The notes under the pieces: model-generated
Told to the model about the DNA's origin: nothing
Database searches by the model: none
The model's input: the letters and a program-made list of their open reading frames with translations, nothing else
NCBI GenBank assembly: GCA_017433415.1
Contig: JAFRHI010000019.1
Span: forward strand, 4,327 to 68,326
Length of the DNA stretch: 64,000 bases
Reading direction: 5' to 3'
Origin: Bacilli bacterium
GTDB taxonomy: Bacteria > Bacillota_I > Bacilli_A > RF39 > UBA660
Shown here: positions 38,447 to 48,884 of the stretch, in pieces
Numbering within the stretch: the stretch's first letter is position 1
Layout of the letters: every line of letters starts with the position of its first letter
Program-made: the position numbers and the translations under genes

Positions 38447-39277
38447 TCAAGAAGCAACAGAAAATATTTGGCCATAATCAGTGATTAACATACTACCATT
38501 ATAAGATATTATTATATCTTTATATTTTTCATATATTGGTTCTTCTTTTAATTCATATTTACAATCAACATCAGCATACTTATTACATTCTTCCAAATTA
38601 GTTATTTGCATTCTATATAACTTATTTTCACTTAATATAAATGTACTTAAATTATTTCCTGCAAAATTGTAATCTATAATTTGTCCATATTGACTACTAC
38701 TATAAGCAGTTACTATTTCTTTTATAGCGAGCGGTGAATTATAGTCATCTTTAGCTATCACATAAGAATAAACATTACCATCAGTTTTTAATACATAATA
38801 TAACCCACTACTACTGTCAACAGTTGTAACTTTAATAATATCTGTATCACTTAATAATAAATTATATAATTCATATGAATTATCTAACTCTGTAACCTCA
38901 GTATAAACAGGTGTATTATTCTGTGCCACTAAATAATAATATTTTCCATCAGTACCTTTGACAATATTAGAATCAAACATAGCTTGTACAGTTATATCTC
39001 CACCAGCTTCTTTACAGTTATCATTATTAGCAAACTTCTGTGTTAATGATAATTCATATATTTTACCTTCCTTAGTTATAATATGATTACCAGTCATATA
39101 TCTTATTTTTTCATAACTTGTATCATTTTTATCACTAGGAAGAAATTTACTACATGAAAACTCTCCCGTCATACCAAATCCAGCATGTCTAATCTCTCTA
39201 TTAATATCTCCTTTACATGCTGTACAAAAAATCACAACTAAAAAAATCAAAAAGAAAAATCTAGCTAACTTCTTCAT
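38447..39277 (-). CDS. putative lipoprotein / secreted beta-propeller-like protein
   Basis: Signal peptide MKKLARFFFLIFLVVIFCTAC. Repeated GxxYxL strands. Confidence 0.5.
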   Translation of the reverse strand: MKKLARFFFLIFLVVIFCTACKGDINREIRHAGFGMTGEFSCSKFLPSDKNDTSYEKIRYMTGNHIITKEGKIYELSLTQKFANNDNCKEAGGDITVQAMFDSNIVKGTDGKYYYLVAQNNTPVYTEVTELDNSYELYNLLLSDTDIIKVTTVDSSSGLYYVLKTDGNVYSYVIAKDDYNSPLAIKEIVTAYSSSQYGQIIDYNFAGNNLSTFILSENKLYRMQITNLEECNKYADVDCKYELKEEPIYEKYKDIIISYNGSMLITDYGQIFSVAS

Positions 39278-39330
39278 ATTAATATCCCTACCTTTAATAA
39301 GAATATAACATATTTTGAAGATAATTAAAA

Positions 39331-40170
39331 CTAGATTTTCTTTATAATGTCAAATATATATTTTAAATATTCATAATCATTTTTATTATAACTCTTAAGT
39401 ACCTCATAACATTTGTTTTTAGATTTTCCAGTATATAACTTTTCAATCCTTTTATGAACTATTTCAATACTTTCGCTATCAGTAATAAACTTACCACTTT
39501 CAACTTGCATTATCCCAAGTTTACGCTTATTACCATTAAGTCTAAACATAAAATAATCATATCGTCTAAGTAATTTACTTCTCTTACTATTTTCAAATAT
39601 CATAATAGTATACATCAAATTATCAATATCTTTCTTACTATAATTACAAATATCATGATATTTATACTTTAATTTAGCATAACTAACTACAACACTATTA
39701 CTACTCATAAATTTTTCTCTATTGAAAGTAACATTTGAAAAAATACTCTTCTCTTTAAAAAAACTATACATGAATATAAATACAAAAGACCAAAGTATAA
39801 TTCTTAAATCTTCTCCAGTTAAAAATACTAAATTAACTTGATTTATAAATTCTTGATTAATAATAAATCCAATAATTACCAATATAATATAATATTTAAT
39901 ATTTTGCTCATTTTTATCAAAAAAATCTCTTTCTATAAAATAACTATTATAAATAATATCAATAATCATTAAAAAGATAAAAGCTAAAAATATATCACTA
40001 GTATAATTAATACCTATTCTAAAACAAAAACCACTTACCACCAACATCAATATTAATGACATTATCAATTTTTGTATTTTTGTAATCTCATATTTCTTTT
40101 CAATAAAGCTTAAAACAATAAAATAAATTATTCCAAGTATAATATAAAATATCCAACCTATAAACCCCAT
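39331..40170 (-). CDS. polytopic membrane protein with C-terminal soluble domain (possible SLT-like E-S / GIMQV motifs)
   Basis: About 5 TM helices. FENSKR...LGIMQVE. Confidence 0.35.
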   Translation of the reverse strand: MGFIGWIFYIILGIIYFIVLSFIEKKYEITKIQKLIMSLILMLVVSGFCFRIGINYTSDIFLAFIFLMIIDIIYNSYFIERDFFDKNEQNIKYYIILVIIGFIINQEFINQVNLVFLTGEDLRIILWSFVFIFMYSFFKEKSIFSNVTFNREKFMSSNSVVVSYAKLKYKYHDICNYSKKDIDNLMYTIMIFENSKRSKLLRRYDYFMFRLNGNKRKLGIMQVESGKFITDSESIEIVHKRIEKLYTGKSKNKCYEVLKSYNKNDYEYLKYIFDIIKKI

Positions 40171-40262
40171 AAGCCACCTCTTAAGGAAATATTATATTCT
40201 TAAATTAAAAATTTGTAAATTATTTTAACACAAACTTAGATATCATAATTTTTTAAATTTTT

Positions 40263-40559
40263 TCATTTGTTTGTATACTTCTTTAATCTTTGTTTTATTA
40301 AAAATACCAAATCCATTGGTCCATTCATCTTATTAAGTACCAATAATGCATCCTGTAATTTTACTCTTTCACTAACTGTATCTTTAACCATAAGAGCTTC
40401 TTCTTCATAATTAAAATTATCAATAGGATTTATTTCAATAAAATCTCTTATATAATTTTCTATATCTTTTAAAATATATTCTTTCAAAGGATAATCGTCC
40501 ATTAAAGATACTCCATAGTAACCACCAACCAAATAACGAAATTGATTTTCAAGTTCCAT
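40263..40559 (-). CDS. hypothetical 98-aa protein
   Basis: ORF only. Confidence 0.4.
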   Translation of the reverse strand: MELENQFRYLVGGYYGVSLMDDYPLKEYILKDIENYIRDFIEINPIDNFNYEEEALMVKDTVSERVKLQDALLVLNKMNGPMDLVFLIKQRLKKYTNK

Positions 40560-40648
40560 AATATCACCATAATTATCTTATCAAATAATTATCATAAAAC
40601 GCTACTAAAAATAATTTAATTATGTTAAAATTATACTAGGTGAAGTAT

Positions 40649-41242
40649 ATGAAAAGAAAAAATGATTTATTTTTCATTATTATCTTTATAGTAGTAGTTA
40701 TGCTGTCGCTTACCTATTTAGCTAGATCATCTTATTCAAAATACAGAAAACGAGTAACAGGTAATGTAAATGCTCAAATAGCCAGTTGGAAAATTAAAAT
40801 AAATAATGAAACTGTACAAAATAGTGGTGAATTATCCAACGATATCACCCCAACTCTTGATAGTGATATCTATACTAAAGAAGGCGTTCTAGCACCAGGA
40901 GGAACTGGTTATTTTGATGTTGTTATAAATGCTACTGATGTTGATGTTGATTTCACTTATGAAATGACTGCTGAAGTAAATGAATTAACTCCTCTAACTG
41001 ACTTAGAAATAATAAAATATAAAATTGGCGATGTTGAAACAAATTATTCCATTAACAACAAAATAACTGGAGATATCGCTAAAAACACTGGCGATACAAG
41101 TATAAGAGTCTTCTTCAAATGGAATGATGATTCCCAAACTGAAACAATGGATAATGAAGATGATACTATATATGCAGCCAGAAGTACTAATGCAAATACT
41201 AAAATAAAAGTAACCTTTAAATTCACCCAAAAACAATCTTAA
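40649..41242 (+). CDS. TasA/camelysin-like secreted protein with SipW-type signal anchor
   Basis: TM then SYSKYRK. ASWKIKIN...LAPGGTGYFDVVINATDVDVDFTYEM. The ATG at 40649 follows GGTGA. Confidence 0.55.
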   Translation: MKRKNDLFFIIIFIVVVMLSLTYLARSSYSKYRKRVTGNVNAQIASWKIKINNETVQNSGELSNDITPTLDSDIYTKEGVLAPGGTGYFDVVINATDVDVDFTYEMTAEVNELTPLTDLEIIKYKIGDVETNYSINNKITGDIAKNTGDTSIRVFFKWNDDSQTETMDNEDDTIYAARSTNANTKIKVTFKFTQKQS

Positions 41243-41308
41243 TTTTTGATATTAATATAGAAAAAGACATAATCTAAAGATTATATCTTTTTTATTATAT
41301 AATTAAAA

Positions 41309-42760
41309 TCATCTTAAAAACTCATTCTCACATGTTAAATTTATTTTTAAATCCTTAAGAGCTTTCTTATCACTATCAGTAACAATATATGTAGCGTGAG
41401 CATCAACACCATTTAACTTGGTTAATTGTGATAATGCTTTAGCTGCTAGTGGATTAGTAACCGAACAAATACTAAGAGCCGTTAAAACCTCTTGTAAAGT
41501 AAGCCTATCACCCGTACCCATTTCTTTCTTTAATTTTAATATTGGCTCTAAAATAGTTGGAGCTAATAAATATATATCATCCGGTATTTTACTTAAATGC
41601 TTAATAGCATTTAAAACAACACTACCAGCTGGTGTAAGTAAATCAGTCTGTTTTCCCGTAATAATCTTTTTACCCACTTTCAAAGCAATAACTGGTAAGT
41701 TTTCTTTTTTACTTTTTTCAAGCGCTGGCTTTACTACATCTAAATATGATTCATCTATTTTCAATTCATTCATCAAAAGTTTAATCTTCTTATAAGTATT
41801 TTCATCACAAAGACCAATCTTATAATTGTTCATTTCATTATAATAACGTCTAACAATTTCCTTTTTACAAGCATCTTCAACAACTTTATCATTGGTAATA
41901 CAAAAACCAACCATATTAACACCCATATCCGTAGGTGAATTATAAATGTCTTTTTTAGAAACTTTACCTAAAATATTTTTTAAAATAGGAAAAGTCTCAA
42001 TATCACGATTATAATTAATAGCTGTCTTTTTATACTTTTCCAAATGAAATGGATCGATCATATTAACATCTTCTAAATCAGCAGTAGCTGCTTCATATGC
42101 CAAATTAACAGGGTGTTTAAGAGCTAAATTCCAAACTGGAAAAGTTTCAAATTTTGCATATCCAGCATTAACTCCTCGTAAATTTTCATGATAAATTTGC
42201 GAAAGACATGTAGCTAATTTCCCACTACCAGGGCCAGGAGCATTAACAAGAACAAGTGGTTTAGTTGTCTCAATATAGGGATTAGCTCCATACCCTTCCT
42301 CACTAACTATAGTATCAACATCCGTAGGATACCCTTTAGTAAAAGTATGAATATAAGTCTTTATTCCATTACGATTTAACTTTTTAATAAAAGTATCAAC
42401 ACTTGCTTGATTCTTATATAAAGTAATTACAACACTATTTACTAAAAAACCCCTCTTTTTTGACTCATTAATTAATCTTTCAACTTCTACATCATATGTA
42501 ATACCATACTCGCCACGAGTTTTATTTTTTTCAATATCACCAGCATTAATACAAAAAATAATTTCTAGGTCATCCTTAAGCTCTTGAAACATACTTATTT
42601 TAACATCACTTTTAAATCCTGGTAATATTCTAGCAGCATGAGAATCATCGAAAAGTTTTCCACCAACTTCTAGATACAATTTATCAAAAAGTTTAAATCT
42701 CTCTCTAATTTTTTTACTTTGAATTTTTACATATTTTTTATTATCAAAACCTTTTCTCAT
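41309..42760 (-). CDS. DUF1846 (UPF0371) family protein
   Basis: MRKGFDNKKYVKIQS...LYLEVGGKLFDDSHAARILPGF matches the conserved UPF0371 N-terminus as recalled. The track start at 42850 is an upstream extension. Confidence 0.65.
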   Translation of the reverse strand: MRKGFDNKKYVKIQSKKIRERFKLFDKLYLEVGGKLFDDSHAARILPGFKSDVKISMFQELKDDLEIIFCINAGDIEKNKTRGEYGITYDVEVERLINESKKRGFLVNSVVITLYKNQASVDTFIKKLNRNGIKTYIHTFTKGYPTDVDTIVSEEGYGANPYIETTKPLVLVNAPGPGSGKLATCLSQIYHENLRGVNAGYAKFETFPVWNLALKHPVNLAYEAATADLEDVNMIDPFHLEKYKKTAINYNRDIETFPILKNILGKVSKKDIYNSPTDMGVNMVGFCITNDKVVEDACKKEIVRRYYNEMNNYKIGLCDENTYKKIKLLMNELKIDESYLDVVKPALEKSKKENLPVIALKVGKKIITGKQTDLLTPAGSVVLNAIKHLSKIPDDIYLLAPTILEPILKLKKEMGTGDRLTLQEVLTALSICSVTNPLAAKALSQLTKLNGVDAHATYIVTDSDKKALKDLKINLTCENEFLR

Positions 42761-42846
42761 AACATCACCACTCTTATTAATCATACACCAAAAACAACTG
42801 TTTTGTCTTCTTTTTAAGAATAATTTAAAAAAAAGATAGTTCCCTA

Positions 42847-43581
42847 TCAATTTTCTTGTTCAACACTTACATTCATTTCTATAACCAAACAGGGAAGATT
42901 AGTACTCTTTTCATAAATACCGCATTGTGTCCCAAAATAAGTATCCGCATCATCCTTTGCCAAATAAAGTTCATTCTTTAAATTATTATATGCTGTATCA
43001 TTCGCAACATTTACTAAAGAATAAGTATCATTATTTAATAAATAATATTCAAAAGATGAGTCATACTGATATACATCTAACACTTTAAAATAAACAGGAT
43101 TTACACTATCAAAATCCCAACTTACTGCCGTAGTAAACTCTGCTACATCATTAACATTTAATCTCATCTTATTAGCACTAATATCAATAACAAATGGATA
43201 AGCTGTCTTTAAATAATTAATTTTATCCGTTATTCCACTTAGGTTAACTGTATTACCAAACATTGTGACATTAGTAATTTCATAATTTAAAACTGCCGTA
43301 ACATCACTATGATTATAAATTGTAATAACTTTTGAAAAATCATCCATCCCTGGTTTCATTGAAACATCAATAACAAAGTTTCGTGAAGAAACACCATTAC
43401 TATCTTTAAAATCAACATCCCAAGAAGCAACAGTACCATCTATTTCTAAACCTGCATTAGCTGAAAAAGCAAACCACGCAAAAATATTAACGCCAAACGT
43501 AAATAGCGCTAAAAGCAAAGCTACATACTTTTTTCTAAGTAATGCTTTACGCCAATTTTTGCCTTTCTTTTTCTTTTTCAT
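42847..43581 (-). CDS. TasA/camelysin-like secreted protein
   Basis: Lys-rich N-terminus plus TM. VASWDVDFKD...MKPGMDDFSKVITIYNHSDVTAVLNYEI. Confidence 0.55.
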   Translation of the reverse strand: MKKKKKGKNWRKALLRKKYVALLLALFTFGVNIFAWFAFSANAGLEIDGTVASWDVDFKDSNGVSSRNFVIDVSMKPGMDDFSKVITIYNHSDVTAVLNYEITNVTMFGNTVNLSGITDKINYLKTAYPFVIDISANKMRLNVNDVAEFTTAVSWDFDSVNPVYFKVLDVYQYDSSFEYYLLNNDTYSLVNVANDTAYNNLKNELYLAKDDADTYFGTQCGIYEKSTNLPCLVIEMNVSVEQEN

Positions 43582-43592
43582 CTAACCATCCC

Positions 43593-44192
43593 TTAAAGAA
43601 TTTCTATATCATCATCTTTTTTCTTTTTTTCTATTTTTCTAATCTCATTTTTTTCTACTTTTAATTCAATAACTGTTTCTGTAACCTCTAAAGCAATAAC
43701 TAAAACTAATGGACAAAACACCAATAAGAAAAATCCCACTTGACTCTTAACTGCATGATTTAGCCAGGTAACAACCGGTACTATTCCAGTTACTTTACCA
43801 AGAATTTGATTAGGAGTAATGCTAGGATCTTCTACATCTGACTTTACACCTTTAGTCGTAAAAATACGACCAGATCCTTCATCTTCAATACGAATAATCC
43901 TATGTGTAATTAATTTACCTTCCAAGGATCCATCACCTTGATATGCAACATCATCCCCAACTTTTAACTTATCAGTATCATAATCAGCAACTAATATTAC
44001 ATCATTAATATCATAAACACCAGCCATTGACCCAGTCGCAACAGTAAATACTCTATATCCAAAAATACTCTTATTACCGGTAATTCGCTGAATCAAAATA
44101 AAACTTAAATATAAAATAATTATTGTGAGAAAAGAATATTTAATTACTCCATATCCTATTTTAAAAAATTTATTATCTAATATTTTTTTCAT
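43593..44192 (-). CDS. sipW: SipW-type (archaeal/ER-type, S26B) signal peptidase I
   Basis: FGYRVFTVATGSMAGV (catalytic Ser), LITHRIIRI (catalytic His), FTTKGVKSDVEDP. Compared with B. subtilis SipW FGYRMYSVLSGSMEP / VTHRIV / TKGDNN. Confidence 0.8.
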   Translation of the reverse strand: MKKILDNKFFKIGYGVIKYSFLTIIILYLSFILIQRITGNKSIFGYRVFTVATGSMAGVYDINDVILVADYDTDKLKVGDDVAYQGDGSLEGKLITHRIIRIEDEGSGRIFTTKGVKSDVEDPSITPNQILGKVTGIVPVVTWLNHAVKSQVGFFLLVFCPLVLVIALEVTETVIELKVEKNEIRKIEKKKKDDDIEIL

Positions 44193-45323
44193 TTAACCAT
44201 CTCTTCTTAATTTAGTCAAAATATCTTCAAGATGCTTATTTTCTCTATCTAATCGATTATCAATAATCTTAAAAATATTTTTAGATTTTTTAATATTTTG
44301 TTCCTTTATACTAACTAATTGCTTATTAAACAATTCCTTTAATTTATCTTCAGTTAATTCACTATCAGTATCTAACAGATTATCAACCAATCTCTTAAAC
44401 ATTAAATTAATAATCTCAGTCTCACTACCAGACCTACTACTACTAATGAAGTTCTTATTCGCAATATATGCCATAAGAAAAGCTTGATCATATTCATTCT
44501 TTAAAACTCCCCGATCAAAATAATCTCTCTTATCTCTTTCTCTTTTATCCTTACTTTCAAAAGATTGAATATAATTCCATAACTCTTCAGCTTTCCTAAA
44601 GTTTGGATTTTTTAAAATTACATTTGTCTTTTTTATTGGACTTCTAACTGGAGGTACATGTAATTTAGCTAGAATTGTCATTAACTCTGTCCCAAAAAAT
44701 CCATCTATTTGCGTCTTAATCATCTTAAGACGATCTTCCAAAGAAACATTACCTTTCCAGCCTAAATGTTCCTTTACTTCTTTCGAACTATCAAGTAAAT
44801 CAACAGATATTTTCAAGTCTTCTCCATGTACTTTAGTATTAGCCTCATATTGCAAAACATTCTTATCTAAACAATATGACTCTCCACTAGATTCTTCTAA
44901 TCTTTGCTCAAAAAACAATCTCAAATTATTTAATAAAGTAAAAATAAATCTATTTTCATAAGTATCTAAACTTTCCTCTTTATTAATATTTAAAATCTTT
45001 GAAGGTTTAACATCACCATTATCTTCAATTTTTTGAATCAAATTAGTATGTTGTGTCAAATGAATAACAGACTCAACCGTAACTTTTCTTGATAATTCAA
45101 CTTTAACTATCTCTTCTTCATTAATAATGAAACGTTTAGGATTACGTAAAATATTATCAATATATGGTAATACATCTTCTATTTTATCTACCCATTCATA
45201 GTCAAGGAACTTTAAATCATAATCCCTTTTTATGAACAAAGTAGAATTAAGATTATTTAAGAATAAATCTTCATCATCTAATTCTTCATCTTCTTCTAAC
45301 TTTTCAAGTTCCTCTTCTTCCAT
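44193..45323 (-). CDS. McrC-N-terminal/DUF2357-like protein without recognisable nuclease domain
   Basis: Acidic N-terminus. LDTYENRFIFTLLNNL helix resembles the TYENRF(V/L)K signature recalled for DUF2357 partners of McrB-type NTPases. The C-terminus is all-helical with no D..(D/E)xK motif seen. Confidence 0.4.
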   Translation of the reverse strand: MEEEELEKLEEDEELDDEDLFLNNLNSTLFIKRDYDLKFLDYEWVDKIEDVLPYIDNILRNPKRFIINEEEIVKVELSRKVTVESVIHLTQHTNLIQKIEDNGDVKPSKILNINKEESLDTYENRFIFTLLNNLRLFFEQRLEESSGESYCLDKNVLQYEANTKVHGEDLKISVDLLDSSKEVKEHLGWKGNVSLEDRLKMIKTQIDGFFGTELMTILAKLHVPPVRSPIKKTNVILKNPNFRKAEELWNYIQSFESKDKRERDKRDYFDRGVLKNEYDQAFLMAYIANKNFISSSRSGSETEIINLMFKRLVDNLLDTDSELTEDKLKELFNKQLVSIKEQNIKKSKNIFKIIDNRLDRENKHLEDILTKLRRDG

Positions 45324-45336
45324 AAAGGCCTCCTAA

Positions 45337-46863
45337 CTAAACCATTTTCTTAAGTCTTAATAAATATTCTTTACATTCATTAAAGTTTTCTTTACCAAAA
45401 CTCTTATCCAAAAACTCAATAAATGGATCAATTTCATCACGAATATAAGCTAAGTTCAATTGTTCAAACTTTCTTAAAATCTTTCTTGCTATATAATAGT
45501 CAACTCCATCAACTTCACTACCACCACATGCAACATATGTCGCAACAAAATCTCGCATCTGCTTAACAATACGGTTACCAAAAGCTATTCGGAAATGTTT
45601 AATTACATAATCATCCATTTCCTCAATCTTCTTCTCCATCTCACTAGATAATGGATATTTACTTTTAGCTTCTGCAAATAAACCTTCTAGATATGAACTA
45701 TTAATATTCATTGCTTCAGTATCAACAGGTTCAAACACTTGACCCTTATCATTAATATCAATTGGCATAGCACGGTCATATACTTTATCAGTAACTGCGA
45801 ATGTTGAATCATCGTTATTGATTGTTCCAATATACCACATATTACCAGGTATTTTTAATTTACCAGAATCTAATCTAACTGGATCACTTTCCCAAGTACT
45901 AGGTACAAGTTCAATTATCCACTCATCTCTTGAAGGCATTTCAAGAATAGATAACATTTCGGCAAAGTAATACTCAACACGTGCAATGTTCATTTCATCT
46001 AGTACTGTTACATAAACATCATCAGTATAACCAGCTAAATACATTCCCTTTAATACTTCTGTTTCATTAAATTTCTTTGTAAATTCATTAAAATAACCAA
46101 AAAGTTCAGTTCTATCACGCCAAGATGGCTGAACAGAAGCAATTATTGCATCATTCTTTATAAATTTACCCCAAGCATAAGCAAGCGAAGTTTTACCTGT
46201 ACCAGAAATACCTTGTAAAATTACTAACTTAGTAGCAGATAATCCCGAAATAAATAATCTAATCATATTAGTCGTATAATAAAGATGTAATTTAGAAGCC
46301 GCAAAGTTTCTAAATAATTCAACTAATTCTTCTAATGTAAAATGATTATCATAATTCTGAATCTTATAATCTTTAAATTCTAAATCAATAGCATGTAACT
46401 TAGAGAATCTAAAGTCTCCCTCTTCTAATACTTCTTCATCCTTAACATCTGCCTCTTCAACAGTATCTTCCTCTCCTGGTTTTAATCCAAGTTGTGATAC
46501 TTTCATTGCTAAAATTTTCTCTTTTTCTTGTACTAAAGAAGCCACTTCTTTATTAAGTTCTCCAACTTCTTCTAATAATGATTCTTGTTCAACTAGTGTC
46601 TTTCTAAACTTAAGATACTTTTTAACTAAGAAAACAATTAGAAGTATAAATAATCCTAATAAGACTAATATCACTATAATAGCTAAAATGACTAAAACCC
46701 ATTCTCCACCAGAAAAGTCTTTTCGGTAAAACTCAATAGTATACAAATATTCACTAATATTAAACATTTGCACAACACCTTTAACTACTCCACCTAATAT
46801 AAGACCAATACCTTTAAAGAATACTGACATAAATTCGAATAGAAATCTTATAAATGTATCCAT
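45337..46863 (-). CDS. membrane-anchored, coiled-coil McrB-like AAA+/GTPase
   Basis: Two N-terminal TM helices, then a coiled coil. Walker A GISGTGKTS, SVQPSWRDRTELFGYF, Walker B VLDEMNIARVEYYFAEMLSILE, GTINNDDSTF (NxxD position). The ATG at 46863 follows GAGGAGGAG. Confidence 0.65.
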   Translation of the reverse strand: MDTFIRFLFEFMSVFFKGIGLILGGVVKGVVQMFNISEYLYTIEFYRKDFSGGEWVLVILAIIVILVLLGLFILLIVFLVKKYLKFRKTLVEQESLLEEVGELNKEVASLVQEKEKILAMKVSQLGLKPGEEDTVEEADVKDEEVLEEGDFRFSKLHAIDLEFKDYKIQNYDNHFTLEELVELFRNFAASKLHLYYTTNMIRLFISGLSATKLVILQGISGTGKTSLAYAWGKFIKNDAIIASVQPSWRDRTELFGYFNEFTKKFNETEVLKGMYLAGYTDDVYVTVLDEMNIARVEYYFAEMLSILEMPSRDEWIIELVPSTWESDPVRLDSGKLKIPGNMWYIGTINNDDSTFAVTDKVYDRAMPIDINDKGQVFEPVDTEAMNINSSYLEGLFAEAKSKYPLSSEMEKKIEEMDDYVIKHFRIAFGNRIVKQMRDFVATYVACGGSEVDGVDYYIARKILRKFEQLNLAYIRDEIDPFIEFLDKSFGKENFNECKEYLLRLKKMV

Positions 46864-46864
46864 C

Positions 46865-47911
46865 CTACTCCTCCTCAAAAACTAACAACTTTAATCCCTC
46901 TGCTTCATAATTAACAAAATAATCACGTTCTCGATCACGATATTTTAAAACTAATAAATAATTAAATATTCCTTCTTTATAAATATCTTCAACCTTCTTA
47001 TAAATATCATTAATATGTGAAAAATCCTGAATACAAGCAAACTGAAAATCCTCAGAAAAAGCATCCTTATGAGCTAAATAATTAGTATAATTAACACCCA
47101 TTATTACATATTTACGAAATAGAGGATTATCAATTAATAAATATATTTCTCGACTTATTATCCCCCTACTAATACTACTATCATATAAATCAATAAATAT
47201 TGGTTTTATTTCTTCCTTATTAAGAACTTTTTTAAGGAGATATAAAGATACCTTTTGAATTAAACATTTAAGTTTTTTTACCTCAAACTTCTTATCATTA
47301 AATATTCTATTAATCATAACTCTCTTATAATTATCTAAAATACGTATATCCCATTTTAAAGAAATATATTCTATCTCACTACTAATAAATTTCTTCTTCT
47401 CTAATGAATAAAACTCATCTTCATAGTTTAATAATTTATTAGAATTAGTATTTGTCTCCTTAACAAGAGTAACTAATTTACTTAATCTATTACCTATCAA
47501 ATCATTAAGAATAGAGCTTTCATTAACTATAGTTGAAACCCTACTCTCTAAATCTTCTCTATCCGTACTATTTAAATCATCTAATTTAATTATTTCAAAA
47601 GAAACATCACGAAGATCTCTAATAATTTTCATATTTTCTGCAAATTCTGCATTACTAACTCTTAATTCATAATTTCTGTAATCATCCATCATATCAGACA
47701 TTACACCATTAAGTTCAACTTGTAATGTTTCTAAACTATATGTATCAGTATCAACCGTATTAAAAATACCATAATAATAATTATCAATATAAGTATCAAA
47801 ATACCCTTTGAAGACTTCACGAATAAACTTAGAATCTTCATAAATTAAAGTACCATACTCTATAAGTCTATCAACTTTATAGTTCATATAAATTGTTATT
47901 AAGTTATTCAT
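46865..47911 (-). CDS. hypothetical cytoplasmic 348-aa protein, first gene of the McrB-like module
   Basis: No TM and no recognisable motifs. Its stop is 1 nt from the next start. Confidence 0.5.
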   Translation of the reverse strand: MNNLITIYMNYKVDRLIEYGTLIYEDSKFIREVFKGYFDTYIDNYYYGIFNTVDTDTYSLETLQVELNGVMSDMMDDYRNYELRVSNAEFAENMKIIRDLRDVSFEIIKLDDLNSTDREDLESRVSTIVNESSILNDLIGNRLSKLVTLVKETNTNSNKLLNYEDEFYSLEKKKFISSEIEYISLKWDIRILDNYKRVMINRIFNDKKFEVKKLKCLIQKVSLYLLKKVLNKEEIKPIFIDLYDSSISRGIISREIYLLIDNPLFRKYVIMGVNYTNYLAHKDAFSEDFQFACIQDFSHINDIYKKVEDIYKEGIFNYLLVLKYRDRERDYFVNYEAEGLKLLVFEEE

Positions 47912-47943
47912 GAAATCACTACCTTATCTCAAATTATATCATA

Positions 47944-48876
47944 TTAACTAGCTTTCTGAACAGTAACATTAATAATAGACGTATTATTAACAATTGGATA
48001 TGTATAATCCTCACTCATATCATCTTTATAAAAAATAATCGAACTACTAGAACTAGGATTAACCTTAAAAGAAAATTTCTTAACATATGTAAATCCATTT
48101 ATTTGTTCTGTATCATAATTAGTACTAAGTCTATGTAAATATAAATCATTTGTCATATCAACAAACAAATCATGGGGATCATATTCTACTGTTACAATTG
48201 CTGAAAAGCACTTATCCTTATCACTAGCACTAAGTTCACCATAATCTGCTAAACTAATATGATCTCCTACACTATAACTACCGAATGCCTCACTAACTTC
48301 ATAATAAGCAATAGAATTAATAAAGTTAATAGTCATGTATTTAGCACCAGCACTATCCTTTATATTATAAGAGAAATCACTATTTAAAACCTCAATAGTA
48401 TAAGTAGCACTCATACTCTTTCTATAAGGAGCAGAAGAAGTAACCGAAGTCTGAACAACAACACTATCCCCTTCATAAAAGTTTCTCTGTGGAGTAACCG
48501 TAATCTGATAAGTATCCGTACCATCTTCTGGTCTAATAACACCACTTGTCTTATTTAATGTACAAATAACATCACTAGAACATTCTACATCAATACTATA
48601 ACTAATATCTGTAGTCGTATATCTAGTAGAATTCTTACGATTATTCAAATCAATAGTAAGAGTATATGAGTTAACTCCATCCCAGTTACTAATAGACATT
48701 CTTTTATCATTAACCTTTAAAATACTACTATTAAAATAAAATGCCTTAGTTTCTAATATATAATTATTAACAATATTTTTTATATATCTACCAAAAGTAA
48801 ATTCAATTAATAAAACTACAATCAAAACACTCATAATAGATATACTAATAACTTTATGTTCCCTAATAAACTTCAT
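47944..48876 (-). CDS. secreted protein with SipW-type signal anchor (TasA-operon paralogue, larger)
   Basis: TM then FTFGRYIK. Beta-rich Ser/Thr-rich sequence. Confidence 0.45.
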   Translation of the reverse strand: MKFIREHKVISISIMSVLIVVLLIEFTFGRYIKNIVNNYILETKAFYFNSSILKVNDKRMSISNWDGVNSYTLTIDLNNRKNSTRYTTTDISYSIDVECSSDVICTLNKTSGVIRPEDGTDTYQITVTPQRNFYEGDSVVVQTSVTSSAPYRKSMSATYTIEVLNSDFSYNIKDSAGAKYMTINFINSIAYYEVSEAFGSYSVGDHISLADYGELSASDKDKCFSAIVTVEYDPHDLFVDMTNDLYLHRLSTNYDTEQINGFTYVKKFSFKVNPSSSSSIIFYKDDMSEDYTYPIVNNTSIINVTVQKAS

Positions 48877-48884
48877 AGCTCCTC

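Noticed and set aside
41418-41795. 125-aa plus-strand ORF (also 41003..41236 and 41044..41226 on the minus strand)
   Set aside because: They overlap the well-supported DUF1846 and TasA-like CDS on the opposite strand, and no translation signals are present.
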